A stretch of DNA of 22,696 nt, taken from contig CAVQNG010000006.1 of the NCBI GenBank assembly GCA_963713825.1, forward strand, positions 1-22,696. Direction: 5' to 3'. The notes under the pieces were generated by a model. It did not search any database, was not told the origin of the DNA, and saw only the letters and a list, made by a program, of their open reading frames with translations. Positions 9,584 through 17,929 of the stretch are shown piece after piece. Both the position numbers and the translations under genes were made by a program. The stretch's first letter is position 1. The number at the start of each line of letters is the position of its first letter. The DNA is from an uncultured Acidobacteriota bacterium. GTDB taxonomy: Bacteria; Acidobacteriota; Thermoanaerobaculia; Multivoradales; JAHEKO01.

Positions 9584-10717
9584 CTGATTCACCCTCTAGT
9601 GCCTCAATAAGTATGCGCAATTTTGCTACCAGCTCATCAAACGTAACCACCACCACATCCTTCAGTTCAGCACGAAAAAGCTCGATGGCAGGTTTCCTCG
9701 TCGGAACTAGTTGGCACTGGTGGCGTTTCCAATGATGACGAGACACTTTGGCCGAAACGCGTGGAATCGACTTTGCGACCTTCCTACTAGTCCATCGTAT
9801 TCCTTCACCAGCGAATCACGATAGGTCAGGACCTGCTGACTGATCGCGCCGGCCAATTCGCGGCTCGGCGCATAGACACCAGTCCTGTACTCGTGCGATT
9901 CCAGCAGCGGGGTGGTCGGTGTCTTCAGCTCCACAATAACGGCGTTTTGGGTGACAGGGTTCTTTGCCAAATAGTCGGCAAGATGTCCACCGTGATACTC
10001 AATCCCCTTGCCCCCCACAAAGGCCTTCCCCTTGATGATCAAGATCGGGACCGCCACGAGTTGGGCCAGCACGAAAGCATGCTCTTCTAGAGCAGCTTGC
10101 CAGTAGTCCTCGCCTCCCTCCTCAAGTCGGCCTTCCCATTCAGAGAGAACATTCTTGAGGCTCGCGAGTCGGGTCAGGACACCAAGACGATCAAGGCTCG
10201 ATATGTCCAACCTTTGAATCCGATCGACGACGACCTTGGAATCACCCACAGAGGCGACCCACTCAAGGAACTGCGACAGAACATCGACCCCAGCCCTTTG
10301 GCTGAGCGCTACGATACGCTCGAAGTCGAAACGATTGGCAACTTCTTCGGCGTTGTCGTCTGCAAGGTCGAGCTTGAGAAGATGGATCTTCCCACTAGGC
10401 AGACCATGACGTTGGTGGTGGCGGTATAAGGCAGCCATGTGCCGTAAGAAAGCATGGACCTCGTCCGCACTCAGCTTCAGCTTGACCCACTCACTTGCCT
10501 TGAGGTGAGTGAGCTTCAGTTCGCTATGATCCTCCCAATCCTCGGCTTTTCGTTTTCGCTGAAACACGAACGTGCCATCAATGCAGGCCTTTGGATCATT
10601 CGGGTTGTTCAACAGAACGGCCTTGAAAACCAGTCTCCGCTGATCAGTCTCCCGAAGCGTTATTGGCTGGCATTCAGCCGTTCTTCCGGACGTTCTAGTT
10701 ATTGAGAAGGTGTCCAT
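9561..10717 (-). CDS. sduA: Shedu anti-phage nuclease SduA (DUF4263), frameshift near 9715
   Basis: ADYL...VIVELKTP, ELAGAISQ(Q)VLTYR, CLVIIG; the family C-terminus ELFRAELKDVVVVTFDEL is in ORF 9561-9746. Confidence 0.85.
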
Positions 10718-10773
10718 TCTTGCTCATCTAGGCAAGACTTTAGGGAGTGAGCACATCTTAGCCTCAACACCCG

Positions 10774-10833
10774 TCAAGCGGGATGATCTGAGCGGCCCGC
10801 CAGCGGCGGTTCTGCTCAAATGATGGATTAGGT
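10774..10833 (-). repeat. Degenerate attC-like 60-bp hairpin
   Basis: Minus strand ACCTAAT-CCATC-ATTTGAGC-agaaCCGCCgctGGCGGgcc-GCTCAGA-TCATCC-CGCTTGA. The TAA in the first box is the upstream gene's stop, as in gene cassettes; the R' box is decayed. Confidence 0.5.
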
Positions 10834-11659
10834 GGCCTCCTCGGCCGCTTCAACCTTGTCTTCGGATTTCATGTTGATGCTCGATAATTGCTGAAGTGGA
10901 TACGTTTCTAGCACGATCAGGCGATCCCGCAGCAAGACGCCGGACCACTTCTTGTAGACGAGTACGGAGGATTCGATGCCGTTGACGAGGGTCTTCATCG
11001 GTTCGAACGTAGCGCTGCCTTCCGTCATTTCTTGAGAGATCACCTGCTGCCTTTCCTCTGGGGATAGGTACATGTGCGGCAGGATCATGTAGCTGACTCT
11101 TGGGGGACTCATTGGTCTGAATCGATTCAGACATACCTTTTGCCAGAGGAGCGGTGCGCTTGGGCCCAAGTATCGGCGATCGATCTTCTTCATGAGCCGA
11201 AGCGCCATTGCAACGGCTCTGAGGATCAGCCGGTAATCGATGTGAAGGTACGTTCTGTCGTCCCATGTCTGTGGCGCAACCTTGTGACTGATGTCGCGAT
11301 CGCGTTTCTCCTTGAAACGGTTGTTCCGAATGAACCGGGAGAAGTACTTAGCCTCATCTTCGAGGTCACCTAGTTTGAGGGTGGCCAGATGGAAGGTCAG
11401 TCGCGTTTCTTTGCGTTCAGCTAGTTCCGCTAACCGGGCGGTGAGTTCGTCCGCAAGCTTGTCGGTGAGGATACGCAGCGCAGTGATCTCGGGATTCTTC
11501 ATGTCCGCAGCGACATCGTCAGTTTGAGATCTGCGGAAGTTCCACCGAGAACGATCGAAGCAGCGTCCAGGTCACAATCACCTCTCCGACCTCTCCTCGG
11601 AGGTTGGAAATAGGGACATCAGTCTGCGTTCGGAGGACTCGTAGCTTTCGTTTGTTCAT
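10828..11659 (-). CDS. Putative HEPN-domain protein (AbiU2-like), frameshift near 11535
   Basis: Helical protein with an Rx4-6H motif (KRDRDISHK); the N-terminus MNKRKLRVLR...LRGEVGEVIVTW is in the adjacent frame. Confidence 0.55.
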
Positions 11660-11931
11660 CAAGAGCGTGCCAGGGCCACCAGGGAATCGATTTCTATACC
11701 TACGATAACGAATAGTACCGCAGCAATTCACATGCCGTCGCATCTTCTGGATGCTGACCGAATCGCGTTGTATCCTTCTGCTCCCCAATGAGTTACGTCC
11801 CGGCGGAATCTTTTCTTGGGCGGCTTCAGGAGGCTGTATAGACCGAGAATTTCTCGCAACCCTTGGTCCAGCGTTGGGGGCGGCTTCAGCGTTATCTGGC
11901 GGTCTCTCGCAACCTGTCCAGATAGGAGGGT

Positions 11932-13891
11932 TCACCTGTCGGACTCTGCTGGAGAGGGTAGCTCGCCCTGGTCGCTAGCAACCTGTCTCAGGAAGTACCG
12001 AATCTTCCTCGCCCGAATCGGCGGATGCCCCGCAACAAAGATCAGCGCCTCGTCATCGGGCAATCGCATAGCTTCATCAGGCGTCAAAAGCCGACGCTGG
12101 ACCTGCTGCTGGGAGACGTACTGCTTGTTGAGAACCAGATCGAAGCGATCGCCGCGGTAGGAGCGCTGTTCCATGTGGACGGTCATATCGCCGGCCATGC
12201 GGCTGAGCAGGTCGGCGGTTTCGGGTTTGTTCGGAGCGAAGGCGATGCGGATGTGGCAGTTACCCGTGATGGACTCCTCGCGCCCGTAGACCCCGTAGTG
12301 CTGTGACAGGTCCTGGGTGATGAGAAAGGCGCTGATGCCATAGCCGGCGAGGTAGGCCAGGCTTTCCTGAAAGAAGGCAAGCCGACCCAGGGCAGGGAAC
12401 TCATCCAGCATCAAAAGGAGAGGTTGTCGGTAGTGGGGCACTTGCCGACCGTTCTCGAAGATCATCTTCTCGGTCAGGCGCCGAAGGGCCTGGTTCAAGA
12501 GCATGCGCACCAAGGGCCTCGTGCGGGCCAGATCGGATGAGGGCACAGTGAGGTAGAGACTCACCGGTCGCTCATGCTGCATCAGGGACTCGAGTCTGAA
12601 ATCGCTGGTCTCGGTGTTGGCTGCGAGAATGGGATCACGAAAGAGATCGAGAAAGGTCAGCGCCGTGGAGATCACGCCACTTCGCTCGTTGGGTGACTTG
12701 TCGAGAAGAGCCCGGGCGCTGGCGGCGACCACAGGGTGAATCGTGGTTGGCTCGCCGGTGGGGGAGTCAACCCAGCCCATCCGGCCCTCTGGATCGTGCT
12801 CGGTCAGGATCATGGCCTCGAGCGTTTCTTCGACAGGCCTCGCCGGATTTGTCAGGAAGTTGGCACAACCACGCAGGGTCTTGTCGGCCTCGGCATAGAG
12901 GATGTGCAGAATGACCCCGACGAGTAGGGCGTGCGCTGTCCGGTCCCAGTGGTCGCGGGCCCGATCACCGTTGGGGTCGATGAGAATGTCTGCGACGTTC
13001 TGGGCGTCACGGACCTCGTGGGGGCCGAGCCGGATCTCGGACAACGGGTTGTAGCGCGCGCTCGTACCCTCGGCGTCGGTCGGGTCGAACCGAATGCAGA
13101 CGCTCCCAAGCGCACGCTTCCGCCAACCGGCCGACAGGGCCCAGTTCTCACCTTTGATGTCATGCACCAGGACCGAGTGGGGCCAGGTGAGCAGATTGGG
13201 AAGCACCAGCCCCACACCCTTGCCGGTTCGTGTTGGTGCAAAGACAAAAACATGCTCGGGGCCATCATGGCGGAGATACCGGGGTCTCCCGCGATCTGAC
13301 CAGATACCCAGCAGAAGTCCCCTCTTGTTGTCGAGGAGTCCCGCCTCTCGAACCTCCGTCTCGGAGGCCCAGTGGGCCGATCCATGAGTGTCGGGCTTCT
13401 CGCGGAAGCGTGATGACTGAATCGTCAGATAGGTGAGGAGAAACACGGTACTGCCGCCGGCAGCGACAATCAAACCTATTCGCGGGGCTGCGAGAAGTAG
13501 CTCGAGGTCCCCACTCGCGCGGTATCGCCAGATCCAGAGCAGGATGTGGACGTGGAGTATAGAGAGGGCCGACGGCTAGAGCTCCGCTCACAAAGCTGAT
13601 GCATGCGAGCGGCACCACTGCGCGGCGAACGGAGCGAAGAAAGAGAACTGCTATGGCGGTGACACAGCTGCCCGCTGCCATCAGCAGGAGGTAGCGCCCA
13701 GCCTGAGCGGGGTGTTGGATCCACGGATCACCGAGATCGGGGTGATACCCGAGCTGGTGCGCGAAGTGCTGGGTGAAGAACCAGGAGACGATCCCTAAGA
13801 AGAGGAGATAGAGACCGAAGCCCTGGAAGACCAGGCCTCGATACTCCATCCTTCCGAAAGTGGGAAGACGATAGAGCTCCTTCTTTTTCAC
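11932..13891 (-). CDS. traG: Type IV coupling protein TraG/VirD4 (frameshift near 13555)
   Basis: N-terminal TMs, HGSAHWA, Walker A APTRTGKGVG, DIKGENW, Walker B LLMLDEFPALG, ITQDLSQ, RRLLTPDE. Confidence 0.95.
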
Positions 13892-14436
13892 TGGAGGGAG
13901 TCGGGCTGGGCCGGATCGATAATCCAGAGGGGTTGGACCTGGCCCAGGACCATTGAGCTCTGAACGGGCCCAAAGAACCGGCTGTCCCAGGAGTTCTCGC
14001 GGGGCGAGAACAGCCAGAGCTGGCCAGGGGAAAGGACATAAGAGCCGGCGGCAAGAGGGTAGAGGGTGCGACCTTTCGAGTCGACGGCCGGCGCCGGGCT
14101 CTGGATGTGCTGCCCATCCACGAACACTCCTTCAGGTTTGATCTCGACGCGACTGCCTGACGCAGCGACCACGTGTTTGATGACCGGCGAGGCGCCGGCG
14201 GGACATGAGCCCTGTCTCAAGTAACCGCGCTTGCGACCTAGCGTGCCAAAAGACTCGGGCAAGCAGGCAGCCACCAGATCTCCGAGCCCCACAGGAGATT
14301 TGCTGAGCCGGTAAAGACCAATCGGCACGCTTGGCGTCAGATTCAAGCGAAGGCCAGCGGCTTCAACGGCCCAGCAGGTTATGGCTGTACCCGCCAACAG
14401 GAGGATCGGCGTAAAGGATCGCGGTCGAAGCCTCAC
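13888..14436 (-). CDS. traF: Conjugative pilin-maturation S26 peptidase TraF
   Basis: NLTPSVPIGLY, RGYL..G.CP...VIKHV, SWDSRFFGPV. Confidence 0.92.
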   Translation of the reverse strand: MRLRPRSFTPILLLAGTAITCWAVEAAGLRLNLTPSVPIGLYRLSKSPVGLGDLVAACLPESFGTLGRKRGYLRQGSCPAGASPVIKHVVAASGSRVEIKPEGVFVDGQHIQSPAPAVDSKGRTLYPLAAGSYVLSPGQLWLFSPRENSWDSRFFGPVQSSMVLGQVQPLWIIDPAQPDSLQ

Positions 14437-15629
14437 GAGCGCCCACCTCTGTCCAACTCGAGAGAAGCATCGGCCACCTTGCGGCTGAGTGAGATCGTCA
14501 GTCGCAGTAGCTGTAGATGAGGGGCCGGCACTACCCGCGCGACCAGATGCCAGCCGAGCCGACTGATCAACCTGGTGGCAGTCTGAGATAGCTCTGATGT
14601 CTTGGGCTCTCGGTGCCGGGCGGGGGCCTTGGGACGGACCATGGCCTCGGCGACCTGCATAGTGCTCTTCGCTGCTCCTGTCTTGGAGATCGCGTGCTGG
14701 AGAGCGGTGCGAGCTTCGCGGAGGCTCGGGACCATGACTTCGCGGGCCGCCCTCTCGCTGCTTCGCTGAATCGCGATCCTCTCGGCTGTCTGACGGAGCT
14801 CGTGAATTTCCCGCCAGCGACTGGGTTGGGGTTTGGCAAGGGATTTGTCTGTCTGAGCCTCAAACGGTCCCAGCCGCTTCTGAAGCCGGCCGAGCGAGGC
14901 GTCACGATCCACAAACGATGCCTTGACCCTCCGCCGTCCGTCGGTCACGACCAGACCTCGGCCTCTCTTCTCGAGGTGAAGGCCGTAGTCCGCCAAACGA
15001 GTGTGGAGCTCTTTCCATGAGCGGGACTCCTGGAGATCTCGGCGAGCTACCTCCCGCACGTGCTCGCCAAAGGGGCGTTCCCCCGTGAGAGTCGAACCCC
15101 TGCGATCTCCGCTGCTGAGCTGAACACCGGTGTATCGATCTTGGTCGGGTAAGGCAGAGTGGCGACCAGGGACCTGTCGCAGCCCCAGCTCCAGCTCCTG
15201 ACGGCGGAGCGACCGCTCGAGGCGGGCGTAGTCATTGCCTGTGTGCCAGGCACGCTTCGTTTCCGGGTGGACGCGGTTCACCATGACATGGACGTGCTGG
15301 TGAGGAGTGTCATTGTGGGCCACTACAAGAGCCTGATGCTGATCCAGGCCCAGGTCCCGAAGGGTGCGGTCGACGACCTGGAGCATTGCCTCTCGGCCAA
15401 GGCGCTCCTCCGGGGGCAGATTGAGCGTCAGGTGATAGACGGGCTTCTTGACCCGCGCTCTCTCATTGGCAGTGACCCGCATGAAGGAGGCGGCGATCTC
15501 TGGATCGGTTGAAGGGAGATTTCGGCCGGAGACCCATTCCACTCGATCGGCTGCCTGACCGTCCTTTCCGGTCAGCAGATAGGACTGCAGTCCTTTGAAT
15601 CCTCGACCGTGGGTGACTTTCGCGATCAT
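14433..15629 (-). CDS. MOBP-type relaxase (Relaxase/VirD2-like)
   Basis: GRGFKGLQSYL (catalytic Tyr), PVYHLTLN, 3H motif AHNDTPHQHVHVMVNRVHP. Confidence 0.92.
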   Translation of the reverse strand: MIAKVTHGRGFKGLQSYLLTGKDGQAADRVEWVSGRNLPSTDPEIAASFMRVTANERARVKKPVYHLTLNLPPEERLGREAMLQVVDRTLRDLGLDQHQALVVAHNDTPHQHVHVMVNRVHPETKRAWHTGNDYARLERSLRRQELELGLRQVPGRHSALPDQDRYTGVQLSSGDRRGSTLTGERPFGEHVREVARRDLQESRSWKELHTRLADYGLHLEKRGRGLVVTDGRRRVKASFVDRDASLGRLQKRLGPFEAQTDKSLAKPQPSRWREIHELRQTAERIAIQRSSERAAREVMVPSLREARTALQHAISKTGAAKSTMQVAEAMVRPKAPARHREPKTSELSQTATRLISRLGWHLVARVVPAPHLQLLRLTISLSRKVADASLELDRGGRS

Positions 15630-15955
15630 GAGAGATGCCGTATGGCGCTGAGGATCTGGGTGAGTACCTCATTCAGGTGCCGCGTGTCGCCGAGTCGACC
15701 TGTCGCGTTGGCGACGTAGGCCAGTTGGTTCAGGTTGTTGCCGATGCGACCCAGGTGGTAGATGGCCTTTTCCTCGACACGCCGAGGCCGGGCCCGAGGA
15801 ATGGTGCCCAAAGCGGCCGTCCGTAAGTAGGTCGAGAGGGGAGTGCCGCAAAGCTCCGCCCTTCGGGTGAGCTTCTGATGTTCGTGAGGCGAGAGGCGAA
15901 CGGACAGGACCTCGGTGCGCCTGTGGACCGCGTCGACCCTGCGGTCACACGCCAC
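15626..15955 (-). CDS. mobC: Relaxosome accessory protein MobC (RHH)
   Basis: SVRLSPHEHQKL...LSTYLR..AL and LGRIGNNLNQLA; AAAGGA RBS before GTG 15955; ATGA overlap with the relaxase. Confidence 0.9.
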   Translation of the reverse strand: MACDRRVDAVHRRTEVLSVRLSPHEHQKLTRRAELCGTPLSTYLRTAALGTIPRARPRRVEEKAIYHLGRIGNNLNQLAYVANATGRLGDTRHLNEVLTQILSAIRHLS

Positions 15956-15988
15956 AGCCGTTCCTTTTGAGCGCCCGGCAGGGTTGCG

Positions 15989-16017
15989 AAAAAGAGGGCT
16001 TTCCCACGGGAAAGTCC
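15989..16017 (-). terminator. Hairpin plus U-rich tract upstream of mobC (terminator or oriT inverted repeat)
   Basis: Minus strand GGACTTTCC-CGTG-GGAAAGCCC followed by TCTTTTT. Confidence 0.45.
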
Positions 16018-16204
16018 CGAGCCGTGATGACAGAAGCGCCCCCGGCGCGTATGACATCGCATTGCTCGCATAGGAAGCGAAGTGCTGTCCACACCCATCC
16101 TGTGTGCTCGAGGCGCTGGACTTCGAGCGTCAGGGTGGACGACGGACCTGGATCGCTACCGGGAGCTCGGGTTGGTGGTCGTGGCGGGCTCCATCGCCTC
16201 GCCG

Positions 16205-16375
16205 GCTTGGAAGACAGTTTTGTTCTGGTCTCGCGGCAGATGAACCATGCTCGCATTCGGGCCTCGTGGGCCATCTCTTCGTTCGGTTCGGTGAGGGTGC
16301 ATAGTCTCGCTGGAGTGCCTTGGACGGTTTGTCCTGGGCCATGCAATGCGTCGATGCTGTCCCTCGAATCCTTTT
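16205..16375 (-). ncRNA. Putative bridge/seek RNA of the IS110 (ends approximate)
   Basis: Two consecutive stem/internal-loop/hairpin units (16287-16368 and 16210-16280) carry the target match (16338-16350) and the donor match (16248-16256). Confidence 0.7.
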
Positions 16376-16459
16376 GCCGGAGAGCCGTTTGGCGCCTCGA
16401 CACCAGGCCCGCCTCCGCCGGTCGCGGTTGTCGGTCCGTTCCGGTCGGGAGTCGGGCGC

Positions 16460-17497
16460 CTAGGTCATGGCTCGGTAGACCTCCTCGTTCTTCCACATGG
16501 CCAGTACGGTTGCGGCGATCTTGCGTGCAATCGTCAGCCTGGCCAAGGGCGGGCGAGTGCCGGCCTCCAGGAGCCGGTTGTAAGCCTCTTTCAAGGGATG
16601 ACCGGCCTTGGTCTGATGAATGGCTGTAATGGCCGCGCCCTTGAAGATCGCCTTGAGCGTCGGATTGTGGTTGCGATTGAGCCCTCGAGTCTGGACGGCC
16701 TGGGCCTTGATCCAGCCGCTTTCGGTCTGCACCCAGTCGGCCGAGCTGCGCGTGACGACTCCGAAACCGCAGTAGCTCCAGAATTGCCGTTTGCTGCGAA
16801 ACCGGTGCGGCGTGATGACGGTCGCGATCAGCATCGCCGCCCGGATCGGTCCGATGCCCGGAGCCGTCTCCAGCACCCTCGAGATCCGATACGTGTGCGA
16901 CTCCTTGACCAGAGCCCGCTCGGCCTCGGCTCTCAGCGCGGTCACGGAGTCGAGCTCGAGTCCGAGGAGTCTCGCCGGCGCTCGCATCGCCGCGGGCAAC
17001 TGCTCCAGCCACGGGTCTCGGTGCTGGGGATCGTAGACGCTGTTCCCTGAGCAGTGAATCCCACGGCGGCGCAGGTGGCTCTTGAGCCGATTCTTGGTCC
17101 GCGCGACATCCTGAGTCATCACACGATAGACACGGGCCCACTCGCGTAGCTGCCGGAAACGTCTTGGGGACTTGAACACTCCGGGTCCGGCCAGGCCGAT
17201 GCGCAGCTTCTCGGCCAGGCCGTGCGCATCGATTGCATCGCTCTTGGCTCCCGGTGACCACTCGTTCTGGTAGACCACCAGCTGGGCCGCATGTGGCGAG
17301 AGGATCTCGTAGAGCCATTCGCTCCAGGTACTCTCTTCGATGCAAATGTGCAGCGTTCCCCGCAGCTTGCCCACCGAGCTGACCAGGGCATGCCCGTTGG
17401 TGGCCACGACCTCCTGGGTCACGCGCTTGCCGGTAGCGCTCAGCACACAGATCGTCGAGCTGTCGCGGTGGACGTCGACACCGATGTATCGTTCCAT
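16460..17497 (-). CDS. IS110-family DEDD recombinase/transposase, 345 aa
   Basis: AGGAGG RBS and ATG 17497; YIGVDVH, CIEES, KSDAIDA, TAPGIGPI, RFRSKRQFWSYCG...RSS, ARKIA. Confidence 0.95.
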   Translation of the reverse strand: MERYIGVDVHRDSSTICVLSATGKRVTQEVVATNGHALVSSVGKLRGTLHICIEESTWSEWLYEILSPHAAQLVVYQNEWSPGAKSDAIDAHGLAEKLRIGLAGPGVFKSPRRFRQLREWARVYRVMTQDVARTKNRLKSHLRRRGIHCSGNSVYDPQHRDPWLEQLPAAMRAPARLLGLELDSVTALRAEAERALVKESHTYRISRVLETAPGIGPIRAAMLIATVITPHRFRSKRQFWSYCGFGVVTRSSADWVQTESGWIKAQAVQTRGLNRNHNPTLKAIFKGAAITAIHQTKAGHPLKEAYNRLLEAGTRPPLARLTIARKIAATVLAMWKNEEVYRAMT

Positions 17498-17612
17498 GGC
17501 GGTGTTCCTCCTTTCGGGCTCGATGCCCGGGTCGTTGTCTTGCCAACCCAAGCATCTCCCGATTGGGGGAGACCGCCACCATCGGATTCCTCAATTCAGG
17601 TCTCTCCTCTGC

Positions 17613-17650
17613 ATGGCGACATGACGCGTCTTACTACGTAGTCTTGCTGC
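17613..17650. other. Putative oriT (nic-proximal part), split from mobC by the IS
   Basis: Directly upstream of mobC in the empty allele; hairpin arm, palindrome ACTACGTAGT (17633-17642) and GTCTTG|C resembling MOBP nic sites. Confidence 0.45.
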
Positions 17651-17767
17651 TCCGTGCACGTGGATCTGTCTCCGACTCGTCAATCTCCAACTTTCCCGCT
17701 GTCGTCGAAGCTGTTGAAGGTGGGGGAATCCCTCCGGGGTTTCCAGGTTGGGGGTTCGGGAGGGCAC

Positions 17768-17906
17768 CTTCCACAGCTGGCCGAGCTGCTACAGGAAGAG
17801 ATCTACAGGAACCACTATAGGGAAGGGGTGAGAGTTTATGCGTGGTCGCGGTCGCCAAAGGGGGAGAGTTTATGCGTACCGAGGGGGAGTGTTTATGTGT
17901 GGAAAT
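17768..17906. repeat. Iteron array / putative oriV
   Basis: Three copies of AGGGG(T)GAG(A/T)GTTTATG(C/T)GT (17823-17843, 17858-17877, 17882-17900), CTACAGGAA twice (17789, 17803) and a DnaA-box-like ATTTCCACA on the minus strand (17898-17906), all just downstream of repA. Confidence 0.7.
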
Positions 17907-17929
17907 TCCAGGTTTTCCCCAGGTTGAGA

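Larger units (their letters stand above)
16063..17612 (-). mobile_element. IS110-family insertion sequence with long 3' non-coding end
   Basis: Intact transposase. A TGC core lies at 16063-16065 and 17610-17612; removing the element restores an imperfect hairpin and a 13-mer that is also present in the element's own non-coding region. Confidence 0.85.

Noticed and set aside
11815-11990. Short imperfect direct repeats (GGGCGGCTTCAG twice, TCTCGCAACC twice, GCAACCTGTC twice)
   Set aside because: Only two copies each with irregular spacing, so not a CRISPR array. This is probably the frameshifted low-complexity VirD4 tail.
78-16629. Numerous plus-strand ORFs within the ICE
   Set aside because: They are antisense shadows of well-supported minus-strand genes and have no recognisable motifs.
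15945-17594. 549-aa ORF overlapping the IS110 transposase
   Set aside because: Arg/Pro/Gly-rich alternative-frame translation typical of high-GC DNA; it crosses the IS end and has no motif.
16066-17609. Sub-terminal inverted repeats and a junction promoter for the IS110
   Set aside because: Only weak similarity (AGGAAGCGA versus AGGAGAGA), and no properly spaced -10 follows TGGACA.
17823-17900. Three repeats as a mini CRISPR array
   Set aside because: Spacers are only 4-14 nt, there are no cas genes, and the position beside repA fits iterons.
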